Source: Candidatus Heimdallarchaeum aukensis (GTDB taxonomy: Archaea > Asgardarchaeota > Heimdallarchaeia > Heimdallarchaeales > Heimdallarchaeaceae). Taken from it: a stretch of DNA of 64,000 nt. Position 1 is the stretch's first letter; every line of letters starts with the position of its first letter. Positions 47,219 to 57,305 of the stretch are shown here, one piece after another. The DNA lies in assembly GCA_021513695.1 (NCBI GenBank), contig CP084166.1, positions 2,912,001-2,976,000 of the forward strand. The letters run 5' to 3'. The translations under genes were made by a program, and so were the position numbers. The notes below the pieces were generated by a model. It was not told where the DNA came from and did no database searches. It saw nothing but the letters and a program-made list of their open reading frames with translations.

Positions 47219-47749
47219 CTAAACCACATAACAAAAGTCTTTATACGCACACTTTGTGCATTTTGATGTTTTGATTTTTTTTGGAAGCGGTTTTTCAATT
47301 ATTTTTTCAATTTTGTTCAAAATTAGAAGAAGTTCTTTTTTATTTTCTTCAGTTAAAGTGACATTTTTCTTTTTATTTTCCTTTGGGTAGCGAATTTCTC
47401 CTTCTGCTTTTACTCCGTATCGATCTAAAAAGTAAAGATAGTAAAGTAGCTGATAGTAGTCAGCTTCTTCGTTGATACTTGATTTTTTAACTTCATTTAA
47501 TATTAATTTGTTCTTTTTATGCAAAAAATCTACATTTATAGCATCTAAGATTGTAATGTTTTTTTTCTCTCTCCGATATGATTCTTCATGTATTTGCCTT
47601 CCAATCAAAACTTCTTCATTTTCATTTTCCAATTGAATATTCCTTGCATACAACCATAGTTTCCTTTTACAAATAAAATAATAAGATACCATTACTCCAG
47701 TTATTTGTTTTGAATGTCCAAATAAGTTATTCATCACGTTCACTTTCAA
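47219..47749 (-). CDS. cas4: CRISPR-associated RecB-like nuclease Cas4
   Basis: An N-terminal Cys (YYFICKRK) plus the C-terminal CTKCAYKDFC Fe-S cysteines. 176 aa. Confidence 0.8.
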   Translation of the reverse strand: MKVNVMNNLFGHSKQITGVMVSYYFICKRKLWLYARNIQLENENEEVLIGRQIHEESYRREKKNITILDAINVDFLHKKNKLILNEVKKSSINEEADYYQLLYYLYFLDRYGVKAEGEIRYPKENKKKNVTLTEENKKELLLILNKIEKIIEKPLPKKIKTSKCTKCAYKDFCYVV

Positions 47750-50577
47750 ATTATAAAACTCTGATCAAAAACTTCATTTAGTTTCCTTATATCCAATCCC
47801 TCTTCATAAGAAAACTTGATTAAGTTTAGAAATTCTTTGTTTACTTTAATGTATCCTCCTAATTCCTCAAATTCTCCTGTTCTGACCTTTTCTTTTATTA
47901 AGTGAATTAAAAGACGACTCTTTGAATCTATTTGTACGTATCTATTTGAAAGAGAGACAGTAAACTTGTTTAAATATTTTTGCAATTTCTTTATTTCAAT
48001 ATATCTCTCATTTTTATTTTGATTATTACAAGTAATTTGTAAAAACTTTTTCCAGACTTTTTCTCCACAAATATTAGAATCTTCAACAATCTCATTTTTC
48101 TCTAAAAACTCTTTTTCACTTTCAGGTAGTAGACTCGGGTTAATTTTTAATGATATAGGTAAAAAAATGCTAATAGTGTCACTGTTAATTACTCTGATTT
48201 TTCCTAATTCTTTAAATCTTAAATAGTTCATTGGTTCAATTATTTGCGATATTGTTATTCCATACTCACTTTCTTCTTTCTTTTTATACTCAATGGTATA
48301 CCTGTAGAACTCAGCAAATCTTTTTTCCTTGATAAATTCTTCTAATTCTTCTTTTCTATTTTCTTGGACCTTAAATCTTGTATCTACACCGTATATCATT
48401 TCCGCAGAATCCATATTGTAGACATAGAGTATGCTCTCTTCTTTACTTCTCTTATTTTCTCGATTGATCCTTCCAGCTATTTGTTCGATTGAATCAAGTA
48501 TTGCATATTCTCTAAATCCGAAATCACAATCAATATCTACACCCGCTTCTACTGATTGAGTTGATACCAAAACAACATTCCTTTCATGTGTTTCCTGATT
48601 CATTAATTGAATGATCTCTTTTCGCCTATCTGGAAGAATAGTTGAATTCAATAGGAGTAATTCAAAATTTTTTTTATCTAGATTGTTTTTTAAGTGCTGA
48701 AAGATGTTTATGGAGTTTTGTATTGTATTAGTCACGCAAAGAATTTTTTTCTTCCTTCTTTTACAACAATTTTCATATATTTTCTCTATGAAAAAGTCTA
48801 AAGAAGCAATTTCTTTAATATAGAAATTCAGAGTGTTACGAAGGAATAACTTGCTTTGAAAATACATATCAGAATTTTTTAAAAGAACTGAACATTTGTT
48901 CTTTTGCTCATTATCAAGAAATAGAGATAAATCAGGAAGCGTTGCACTCATTAAAATAAAATACATATTATAATTCTCTGCTAGTTCTCCTATGAGATTA
49001 ATAAAGGCATTCCAAAGATTTACAGGGATTGATTGTACTTCATCCATGATAATAATACTGTTAACAAAATTGTGCAGTTTTATATTAGCTTTTCTGGAAT
49101 TTCTGAAGAAAGTTTCAATAAAGTTAACACTACTAATGATATTGATCTGATTGTTCAGAAACATCTGATTAAGAAGAATTTTAGTCTCTTCGAATTCTTC
49201 CATAGTAAAATCCCATTCTATAAGTGAATAAATCTCTGAAATTGAAATATGTTCATTTTCACTAGAGAGCGTTTCTTTAATGACTTTTGCATTTTGTTCT
49301 ATAATATTAATGAAAGGAAAAACATAGTTGATTCGTTGTAAATTTTTTGTGTGTTGGTTGTTCAGAATGTCTAATGCCAGTTTTATTGACGTATTTGTTT
49401 TTCCGCTCCCTGTTGGTGATCTAAAAAAGAAAATTCGTTTTGCTTTATTTAACTCCTTCTCTAGAATACTACTACATTCAATCAAAATTCTTGTTCGTAG
49501 CTCATTTATATCTTCGATAAAGTTAATGTTTTTCTTTAACAGTTTATCAACTAAAGTTTTATCTTTAATTTGTTGATTAAATATCTTGTTTTTAAAAAAG
49601 TTAGAAACCAAGTTTTTTTTACATTTTTCATCAATTAAATTGAATTCAAGTTCACTTATATCCCAGTTATTTACAAAAGAAGCTGTAGCATAGCTATCAG
49701 CTGAAATTAAGAGAGAAAATATAAGTTTATAAAAATGAAATAGAGTATTTCCATCTTGTAATTTCTCCAAAGTAAATTTTCTTATCTTCGAATTATTGCA
49801 ATATCTTCTGAAAAGACTTAAGTTATCATCTGATATTTCAATTAATGTGCATTTTTTAATAAAGTTTATGTTCCTCTCTTCTAGTAGTTTTTTTTCTCTC
49901 TCCTCTAAATACTCTTCTATATTCTTTAATCTAGAATGATGTCTATTTACACTACTATTTAGAACTAGACTTAAGAAAAACAATTGAAAAGTTAAAAGAA
50001 GAATCTTTTTTTCTTTTTTTTCTCCCTTTTTTTGCTGAATCCCTTTCATAATGTTAAAGATCTCTTGTATGTTAAAATAATCTAAAAATATCTGCCCAAA
50101 CTCACTGTGATTTTTTGAATTACCAAAGAAATTTTCTACCGTTTCCTTTATTTTTTGATCTAATTGTTGAAATGAAAGATTTAATTTTAACACTTTTCTT
50201 TGATAGTTTGGATTTATTTTTCCAAAGTCGTGAAAATAGATTATTCTTGCAATATTTGTTTTTATGAAATCTCCAAATTTGTTTAAAGAAAGAATATCTT
50301 GATCTATATTTAATGCATTATAAATTTTTGTTATCATGTTATTGAAAATATCTTTTAATTTATACTCCTTAATAATTCTTTCAAAAATTTTTAAAGTAAG
50401 TTCAGAGTGTTGAGATAAACTTTCTACTTCGCCTGTTGGAGACATGTGGGCTTTTATTGAACTTTCAACTAATTTAGAAAACTCTTCTACAAGGAATTTA
50501 TCATAACTATATTCACCTAAAATATTAGAACAGGAAAATTGTTTCTCCATTTTCATCACTAACAAGAATATATTCAT
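47746..50577 (-). CDS. cas3: Cas3 HD-nuclease/helicase fusion
   Basis: HD motif IYFHDFGK, Walker A SPTGSGKTN and DExQ box IIMDEVQ. The 5' end overlaps cas5 by 53 bp; the true start may be the Met 8-10 codons downstream. Confidence 0.85.
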   Translation of the reverse strand: MNIFLLVMKMEKQFSCSNILGEYSYDKFLVEEFSKLVESSIKAHMSPTGEVESLSQHSELTLKIFERIIKEYKLKDIFNNMITKIYNALNIDQDILSLNKFGDFIKTNIARIIYFHDFGKINPNYQRKVLKLNLSFQQLDQKIKETVENFFGNSKNHSEFGQIFLDYFNIQEIFNIMKGIQQKKGEKKEKKILLLTFQLFFLSLVLNSSVNRHHSRLKNIEEYLEEREKKLLEERNINFIKKCTLIEISDDNLSLFRRYCNNSKIRKFTLEKLQDGNTLFHFYKLIFSLLISADSYATASFVNNWDISELEFNLIDEKCKKNLVSNFFKNKIFNQQIKDKTLVDKLLKKNINFIEDINELRTRILIECSSILEKELNKAKRIFFFRSPTGSGKTNTSIKLALDILNNQHTKNLQRINYVFPFINIIEQNAKVIKETLSSENEHISISEIYSLIEWDFTMEEFEETKILLNQMFLNNQINIISSVNFIETFFRNSRKANIKLHNFVNSIIIMDEVQSIPVNLWNAFINLIGELAENYNMYFILMSATLPDLSLFLDNEQKNKCSVLLKNSDMYFQSKLFLRNTLNFYIKEIASLDFFIEKIYENCCKRRKKKILCVTNTIQNSINIFQHLKNNLDKKNFELLLLNSTILPDRRKEIIQLMNQETHERNVVLVSTQSVEAGVDIDCDFGFREYAILDSIEQIAGRINRENKRSKEESILYVYNMDSAEMIYGVDTRFKVQENRKEELEEFIKEKRFAEFYRYTIEYKKKEESEYGITISQIIEPMNYLRFKELGKIRVINSDTISIFLPISLKINPSLLPESEKEFLEKNEIVEDSNICGEKVWKKFLQITCNNQNKNERYIEIKKLQKYLNKFTVSLSNRYVQIDSKSRLLIHLIKEKVRTGEFEELGGYIKVNKEFLNLIKFSYEEGLDIRKLNEVFDQSFII

Positions 50578-51319
50578 GAGTTATTGTTTCTTTCACCAAA
50601 AATTCAGAATTTGAAAAAACAACAGTTTTAAAAACATATTGATTTTCTCTGAAACCAATTGGATAATTTTGATAAAAGAAAAAGTCTATATCTGCATTTA
50701 CAATAAGATCTGTTTCATCTTTTGCTACAATATCATTAAAAACAATTGTTTTAAACCTTGTTTCTGTTTCACTAGTGATTTCTTTGTATTCATATTCTCC
50801 TTCATAAATAATACTTAATGGAAATTCGTTTTTCCCCATATAAGGCATGAAATGAGCTCGATTTTCTTGTAAATTTTTCTTTAGTTGAGCAAAAATGTTA
50901 TCTTGAGCAGTTCCTTTTTCTAAATAAATTCGATAAGCAGGCTTAATGAGAATTTGTTCATTTACAATTAAATTTCCTCCCGTTTCATAGCTTCCATAGC
51001 CATGAAAGTTAATAAATTGAATGAACTCTTTTCTTAAAGGCGAATAACTATTTTCAAAATCAGAGTCTTTATATGGTGCTTTAGAGCCTTTTTTAAGCTT
51101 TAAAGGTGTTATTCCAATTCTAATGCCAGAAAGTTTATCAATAAATTCAGGATTTTGCTTTTTTTCTCGATAACCTTCAAGACCTATCAGTGCTCCAAGA
51201 ATTCCAAGTACTGATGGTTTTGGAATAATATCATAGGTCAACTTTGTTTCAGTAATGTCAGGTTTACTAAAAGTTCCAAAGTCAGAAAAAATAATGAAGG
51301 ATAAAAGATTTCTCTTCAT
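50525..51319 (-). CDS. cas5: Cas5 (type I-B)
   Basis: The N-terminus FGTFSKPDITETKLTYDIIPKPSVLGILGALIGLEG matches the Cas5 signature. Confidence 0.8.
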   Translation of the reverse strand: MKRNLLSFIIFSDFGTFSKPDITETKLTYDIIPKPSVLGILGALIGLEGYREKKQNPEFIDKLSGIRIGITPLKLKKGSKAPYKDSDFENSYSPLRKEFIQFINFHGYGSYETGGNLIVNEQILIKPAYRIYLEKGTAQDNIFAQLKKNLQENRAHFMPYMGKNEFPLSIIYEGEYEYKEITSETETRFKTIVFNDIVAKDETDLIVNADIDFFFYQNYPIGFRENQYVFKTVVFSNSEFLVKETITHEYILVSDENGETIFLF

Positions 51320-51327
51320 ATCCTCAC

Positions 51328-52350
51328 CTAACTACTTAAAATGCTCCCGGTTAAGAGATTTTTTATCTCAAAGGTAATTTTCTCGTTTGTACTACTTTTT
51401 TCGATTTCAGTTTTAGCAGGGTCGATATAAACTTCAACTGTTATAGGATTATTCGGTGATAACACTTCTTTATTTTGGTTGATATAGTCCAATAATCTGT
51501 TTATCTTTATTCTAATTTTTCCTTTTTCTTCTGTATTTTCAAAATCTACAAAGTGTTTAAGGTTTTGAAGACAAATTGGATTATCATATTCAATATAGAT
51601 GAAACACTCTGTTTCAGAACCTATTTTTGTTGTTGAATTAACATTATGGACTCCTAATCTTGCTGCTTCCTTGAATATATCTATATCTGAATTAGATAAA
51701 AGGTATTGTTCTTTTTTTTCTAGTTTTTGAAGAACAAAATCTGACATTAAAGCATTTGGATTAATGATGTAATCAAATACATAGTGTATCTCTAATGCTT
51801 TTGTTTCTTCACCTATAGTTGTGTGCTTTGCTTCCTGTCCTTCTTTATCATCTCTATATGGAGATAATATCTGATTTATGTAATGGATATTCTCTTTTGT
51901 TGCGTTGATCCCATAGGAAATTTGTATTGGTCCTGTTATCGATAAACTTGAAAGATTTTTGCTTTTTGGAGCAAAAGTTACTCCAAACATTCTTACATCA
52001 ATGCAAGAAAGCAAATTTCTTAGGATTTGTCTGTCATCTTCTTTTTTATTTTTGTCATCAGAACTAAATAATGCATAGTAATTTTCCTCTAAGGTCATTG
52101 GACTTAGGTTGTCATTCCTTCTTCTCCAAGCGAAAATCTTAGAATCAGTTTTATTGTCTAGGATATATTTTCTGATGCAGTATTTCAGCGATTTATCTGT
52201 AGCATATATAGTCCCTTTCTCATCAGGAAGTCTTCTTGGCGTTCCTGAAAAGTCAGCATTGAAATTACTGTTTACTGACTTTACAATGATTAAGCCACTT
52301 ACGTGCTTTTCAAAAAGGTTATTTTCTGTATTGTTTTGATTTTCTTTCAA
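51328..52350 (-). CDS. cas7: Cas7 (Csh2/Cst2-type backbone subunit)
   Basis: GLIIVKSVNSNFNADFSGTPRRLPDEKGTIYATDKSLKYCIRKY matches the Cas7 N-terminal signature. Confidence 0.85.
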   Translation of the reverse strand: MKENQNNTENNLFEKHVSGLIIVKSVNSNFNADFSGTPRRLPDEKGTIYATDKSLKYCIRKYILDNKTDSKIFAWRRRNDNLSPMTLEENYYALFSSDDKNKKEDDRQILRNLLSCIDVRMFGVTFAPKSKNLSSLSITGPIQISYGINATKENIHYINQILSPYRDDKEGQEAKHTTIGEETKALEIHYVFDYIINPNALMSDFVLQKLEKKEQYLLSNSDIDIFKEAARLGVHNVNSTTKIGSETECFIYIEYDNPICLQNLKHFVDFENTEEKGKIRIKINRLLDYINQNKEVLSPNNPITVEVYIDPAKTEIEKSSTNEKITFEIKNLLTGSILSS

Positions 52351-52352
52351 TT

Positions 52353-54425
52353 TTAATCCTCCTTTTTCATGAAAAATATATTTTCATCAAAAAATCCAAC
52401 GTAGAAACTCATTTTAATCTCATTAAAGGGTTGTGAAAAGTTATTTGCCAAATAATTCAGTGTCTCAGCAAAAACGATGTGTCTAAAGTCCTTGTATTCA
52501 GAGATTTCATGAAGATATTTTTCTAGATATTTTTCTAACAAAATTCTCTTTAAGTTTATAGGCGATTGTACAGACACTAAAGGTGTTAGTAGTTTCATTT
52601 TTTTATCTGCGTTGGATTTGCTGATTAAGTAGTAAACCATTTGTCCTAAATAATAGGCAAATTTTTCAGGGGAATCGATCTTAAAAGATTCTCCGTTAAT
52701 TATTTTCTTTTTTTCTTCTCTTATTTTGTCTAACATGATCTCACCATTTTTATTTTTTTTAATAAAATTATCATTTACTTTACTAAAAAGATCAGCGTTA
52801 AGATAAAAGTTTAAAATTTCATGTATCTGACTTTTTGTTGAAGTATTTTTTCCAGTTTCACTGTGCATTATAAATTTATTTTCTAATAATTTAGTTGTAA
52901 TTTCAGCAATATCGTTATCTGTTAAACATATCTCGCTTCTATAAATTGTATCAAAGAATTTTTTTCTATACTTGTAGATAAGATATTTTTGTTCTGTTAT
53001 ACCACTTTTTTTCTTTGTGTCTAAATCCCCAAAGAACTTGATCTTAAGATCAAAAATTTTTTTTAACTTTTTCAACAAATCTTCTTTTCCAAATTTCTTA
53101 CTAGATTGTGTTCCAAGATATTCTTTATATTCGGAATTTCCGTTGAAGTACAGACGATAGTTAGATATGTAATCAAAAAAAATGATCGATTTTTTATTTA
53201 TTATATTTACTAATATGATATCAAATGAATTTAGGTTGCTTCTTTTTTGAATTTCCTTTATTGTCAAAAAAAAGAATTTTCTTTTATTTTTATTATCCTT
53301 TTCTAATGATTTTAATGACTTAATAAAGTCTATTTGTTCTTTAACTAAGCTTTCTTTGATAAAAAGTGGAAAAATGTTTATCTTATTTTCTTTAAGAAAA
53401 TAGAGAAAGTTATTAAAATATTCTGCGCATGAAATACAAATTTTTATTGTATGTTTAAGATGCCTGTCAAATTTAATAGAAAAAGGCTTTTTTTCATTAA
53501 ATGATGTATAATTTGAAATATTTCCCATTTCTCCTTTTCTTCCACAAACAGGGCAAGTAGACTCAATAATTGTGTCTCTGGTAACAAACAACTTAAGAAT
53601 AATGTATTGTTCAAAAAGCTCTTCTATAACTTGATAGTTTTTATAGTTTAAGAAAACATATGCTTTGTCACATAATCTCAATAGTATATTTAGTTTTTTT
53701 AGTAAACTATACTCTTGTTCTGATACTTGATTTCTTATATTATCTATGTACTTTTTGCTTTTAATATTCTTATATTCTCCTTCTTGTAAATTAGTTCCAC
53801 CTAAAATATCCTTATTATTTTGGTCTAATAAACCAAATATGTTAAGTAATTCTCGATAAAAATGTTCATAAGTGAGCATAATCTTTGTCTTTTCTTTGTT
53901 TTTGTTTGAAGTAATTATCTCATTGATAAATTCCTTTGTTTTGTTATTTTTGACTGTATTTAAAATTAATTTCAAGTATTCGTTTTTTAAGTTAAGTTTT
54001 GAGATTCTTTCGAGAGGTTTATTTTTTCCCTTTTCATAAAGCGGATTTCTGAATAAACTTCCTAGTTTAAAATGAAATAATGAAAAAGTGTTTAATCCGC
54101 TTGTACTTCCTATGTACTTATTAGAATCTGATATTGTGGAAGTATATTTTTTAAAATCTAGTACTTTTATTAGTTCTTTTTCTTTTCTTAAAAGACTAAA
54201 AGGTTCTTTATTTGGAAAATCTTGAACAAGCTCATCATTTAGATCGGTTATTATTCTAAATCCTTTATATGAATTTTCTAGATTCCAATCTACTTCAATG
54301 AGAAAAATAACAGGAAATTGTTCTTTAATAGAATCAATATCATAATCTTCACTTACTACTAACTGTTGAGTGTTTTTTTCCATCTTTTCAAGTTCTTTCA
54401 TAAATTTAATTGATTCGATTATCAT
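52353..54425 (-). CDS. cas8b: Cas8b (type I-B large subunit)
   Basis: A 690-aa protein between cas6 and cas7 with an internal Zn-finger-like CPVCGRKGE...CISCAEYF. Confidence 0.65.
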   Translation of the reverse strand: MIIESIKFMKELEKMEKNTQQLVVSEDYDIDSIKEQFPVIFLIEVDWNLENSYKGFRIITDLNDELVQDFPNKEPFSLLRKEKELIKVLDFKKYTSTISDSNKYIGSTSGLNTFSLFHFKLGSLFRNPLYEKGKNKPLERISKLNLKNEYLKLILNTVKNNKTKEFINEIITSNKNKEKTKIMLTYEHFYRELLNIFGLLDQNNKDILGGTNLQEGEYKNIKSKKYIDNIRNQVSEQEYSLLKKLNILLRLCDKAYVFLNYKNYQVIEELFEQYIILKLFVTRDTIIESTCPVCGRKGEMGNISNYTSFNEKKPFSIKFDRHLKHTIKICISCAEYFNNFLYFLKENKINIFPLFIKESLVKEQIDFIKSLKSLEKDNKNKRKFFFLTIKEIQKRSNLNSFDIILVNIINKKSIIFFDYISNYRLYFNGNSEYKEYLGTQSSKKFGKEDLLKKLKKIFDLKIKFFGDLDTKKKSGITEQKYLIYKYRKKFFDTIYRSEICLTDNDIAEITTKLLENKFIMHSETGKNTSTKSQIHEILNFYLNADLFSKVNDNFIKKNKNGEIMLDKIREEKKKIINGESFKIDSPEKFAYYLGQMVYYLISKSNADKKMKLLTPLVSVQSPINLKRILLEKYLEKYLHEISEYKDFRHIVFAETLNYLANNFSQPFNEIKMSFYVGFFDENIFFMKKED

Positions 54426-55141
54426 TCAATCACCTCAATACAACCAAATCCCAACCCTGTTTTCTCTCCAAGGCCTGTATTGTATGCAAATTTTAACAAT
54501 TCTCTACTCGCTTGGACATCAAATGTCATCAAAGTACATCTTCTGTAGCTATTTTTTATTAAAACTCTTTTTAGTTTTAAATTGCGAATACTCGTTATTT
54601 CAAAGAAGTCTTGCTTCGGTTTTCTTCCAAAATATCTATAATATCTTTCTAACAGGTTTTTATGTAAATTTTCACTAAATTTAAGATCCCTTGGTGTAAG
54701 GTCATAAGGTTTTAGCTTTCCTTCTTTGTTGCGTCTCAAAGTCTTAACATATATTGGAGAAAGTGTTTTTAAAGTACAATCTGATTTAATATTTTTTTTA
54801 TTTTCAATTTTAATTCTCTTTACTACAAACTGCTGGGTCCCTAAATGGAATTTTAAATCTTTAAAAACGCCTGTTGCTAATCCGTCTAAAAATTCGTTAT
54901 CGATGGATGTAAAGTAAAAGAATGCTTCTTTAAAATATAATCCTTTTTTTGAAAATTTTTTCTCTTCTATTATTAAATTTGAAAAATTGTAATATTTGAA
55001 CTTTGTTTTTCTGTGTAATCTTTGTGAGACTTCTTTCTTTGAATCACTGATTTTTCTTAATATTGCACTAGTTAACCAATGTTGATAATTAAAATTTAAT
55101 GGACCATCAGTGATCTTTTCAACAAAGATTTTTAATCTCAT
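54422..55141 (-). CDS. cas6: Cas6 pre-crRNA endoribonuclease
   Basis: The C-terminal glycine-rich loop GLGEKTGLGFGCIEV. First gene of the operon. Confidence 0.8.
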   Translation of the reverse strand: MRLKIFVEKITDGPLNFNYQHWLTSAILRKISDSKKEVSQRLHRKTKFKYYNFSNLIIEEKKFSKKGLYFKEAFFYFTSIDNEFLDGLATGVFKDLKFHLGTQQFVVKRIKIENKKNIKSDCTLKTLSPIYVKTLRRNKEGKLKPYDLTPRDLKFSENLHKNLLERYYRYFGRKPKQDFFEITSIRNLKLKRVLIKNSYRRCTLMTFDVQASRELLKFAYNTGLGEKTGLGFGCIEVIE

Positions 55142-55306
55142 AATATCACATTTTCATTATATAATTGTCCTACACATATAAAAATATTTCGTATTTTTGC
55201 AACAATGTTATTTTTTTGGGACAGTATCGTATTACTATGACTGTTTTATTATCTATTGACAATCTTTTACCAAAAGATTTATTTTAAATAAATCAAATCT
55301 TTTCAT

Positions 55307-55945
55307 GTGAAGACAATTATAACTCCCTCTGGATTTGAGCCAAAGCCAATTATTTCTTTTATTGTTAAAGAAGGAATTAGTAAAGAAGATAGAATAATCA
55401 TCATAAGACCAAAAGAAGATAAGATGCCTAAAGATGCAAAAGATGCTCTCTCAGAAATTAAAAAATTTATTAGTTTAATATCAGAAGATATTGAAATAGA
55501 TCTTAAATTCGTTGACATTTCTGATTTCGATATTCTTCTAATTGATTTACTTGAAATATTCAAAAATATAAATGGAGAAGTTATTGTAAATACTTATGGA
55601 AGTGTTAGAGAAATTACAATTGGCTTAACAATAATTAATCTTCTTTTTAAAAGAAATATATCAAAAGTTTATCATTATTCGAGAATGGATGAAGAATGCT
55701 TCTTACTAAATCTACCTGCAATTGTCTTCCCATTGGAGGGTATGGAAAAAAAAATACTTTTATTACTGGAAAACTCTGCTATTAATGATTATAACAGTTT
55801 GGCTAAAACTTTAAAAGTTTCAAAAAGTACAATCTCACGCGTAGTCCATATTTTAAATGACAAGAAGCTGGTTTCTGTTACAGAAACAGGGAAGAAAAAA
55901 ATAATAAAATTGTCTGTATCAGGACGATTATTAGCAAATTTATGA
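55307..55945 (+). CDS. csa3: Csa3-like CRISPR-associated transcriptional regulator (CARF-like N-domain plus C-terminal wHTH)
   Basis: 212 aa. The C-terminal SLAKTLKVSKSTISRVVHILNDKKLV is an HTH. Transcribed divergently from cas6. Confidence 0.55.
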   Translation: MKTIITPSGFEPKPIISFIVKEGISKEDRIIIIRPKEDKMPKDAKDALSEIKKFISLISEDIEIDLKFVDISDFDILLIDLLEIFKNINGEVIVNTYGSVREITIGLTIINLLFKRNISKVYHYSRMDEECFLLNLPAIVFPLEGMEKKILLLLENSAINDYNSLAKTLKVSKSTISRVVHILNDKKLVSVTETGKKKIIKLSVSGRLLANL

Positions 55946-55973
55946 AAAAATTTCTTTTCTTAATATTTCACTT

Positions 55974-56003
55974 TTTATAATCAGACCATAGCGGGATTGA
56001 AAT
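55974..56003 (+). repeat. solitary degenerate CRISPR repeat in crRNA orientation on the plus strand (3 mismatches versus the consensus)
   Basis: TTTATAATCAGACCATAGCGGGATTGAAAT versus GTTAGAATCAGACCATAGTGGGATTGAAAT. It lies 29 bp after the csa3 stop. Confidence 0.55.
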
Positions 56004-56324
56004 TATTATTCTATTTAGTTTGACTTATTATACTGGTCTGTTTGTAGAAATTTTCAAAGCAACTTTCGATAGTTACAGAAAAATCGTTATCTAATATCCA
56101 TGCGATGAAGAAACAGATGAAAGACTGATTCAATACTTTTTTGGAGATAAAAATGGAATTTTTTTAAATATCTTTTCTATATGCTTTTTAACAATGTTTT
56201 TAACAACTGCTTCTTTTTTTTGTTCTTTATTTTTAGTTTGTGATGCAAAGTTCTTTTTTCTATAAACTTCTCTGTCTTAAAGAGAATTTTCTTCATTTAT
56301 AAATAATCTTTTGAATTTTTAATT

Positions 56325-57305
56325 ATGACAGTCATACTTCAAACTAGAAATTTGTATAAGACATATGATAAAAAGGTTAAAGCCGTACAAGGAATAGATT
56401 TAGAAATAAAAAATGGAGAAGTTTTTGGATTACTTGGTCCAAATGGCGCAGGAAAAACGACTTTAATAAAGATGCTCGTTGGAATCTTGAAACCTGACAA
56501 AGGAGAAATTTTGTTCAATGGCATTAAATTAAACGGTACGACTGAACTAAAAGGACTGATAGGTTATGCTCCACAAGAATTAGTTTTCTATCCTTTCTTA
56601 ACTGTCTTAGAAAACATGCAACTTTTTGCTAGTCTTTACTCGATTAAAAATGCAAGAAAACGTATAGATGAAATTTTAGAACTTTTTCAACTTACAGAGT
56701 TGTCAAAAAGACAAGCTGAAAAGATGTCAGGAGGTCAGAAGCGTCGATTAAATATTGCTTTAAGTTTACTTCACTCACCACAGATTCTCTTTTTAGATGA
56801 ACCTTCTTCAGGTATGGATCCGCAGAGTAGAAATGTGTTATGGGAAAGTGTAGAACAATTAAAAGAGAAAGAAGGGGTAACCATCCTTTTATCAACTCAT
56901 TTAATGGAAGTAGCTGATAAACTGAGCGATAGAGTTGCGATAATTGATCATGGAAAGGTTCTAACAGTTGGAACACCTGATGAGTTAAAATCAAAACATG
57001 CATCTATTGAGACAGTGGAAATTCAATTTGCAAAAAATATTTCTCCTTTAATACAAGAAAAAATAACTCTTCAGTTGAAAGATAAGTATGAACAGCTTTC
57101 GACAGCAAATGACAGGTTCTTTATTAAAACAAAAAACGGTTTGAAAGCAATATCTGATATTATGAAAACTATTGAAAGTCTAGCAGTTCTTTCCTACTTA
57201 CAAGATATACAACTTCGTCTTGGAACGTTAGAAGATGTATTTTTGAATCTAACAGGAAAAGAACTTAGAGAAAATAATTTTAGTTTTGGAGGTGATAGGA
57301 GATGA
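56325..57305 (+). CDS. ABC transporter ATP-binding protein (ABC-2 exporter type)
   Basis: Walker A GPNGAGKTT, signature LSGGQKRRL and Walker B LFLDEPSSGMD. Confidence 0.9.
   Translation: MTVILQTRNLYKTYDKKVKAVQGIDLEIKNGEVFGLLGPNGAGKTTLIKMLVGILKPDKGEILFNGIKLNGTTELKGLIGYAPQELVFYPFLTVLENMQLFASLYSIKNARKRIDEILELFQLTELSKRQAEKMSGGQKRRLNIALSLLHSPQILFLDEPSSGMDPQSRNVLWESVEQLKEKEGVTILLSTHLMEVADKLSDRVAIIDHGKVLTVGTPDELKSKHASIETVEIQFAKNISPLIQEKITLQLKDKYEQLSTANDRFFIKTKNGLKAISDIMKTIESLAVLSYLQDIQLRLGTLEDVFLNLTGKELRENNFSFGGDRR

Noticed and set aside
56031-56049. Fragment TACTGGTCTGTTTGTAGAA resembling the 3' half of the array-orientation repeat, 30 nt after the lone degenerate repeat.
   Set aside because: Only a 7-mer core (TGGTCTG) matches exactly, which is compatible with chance. 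It is noted as a possible hairpin partner, not a second repeat.
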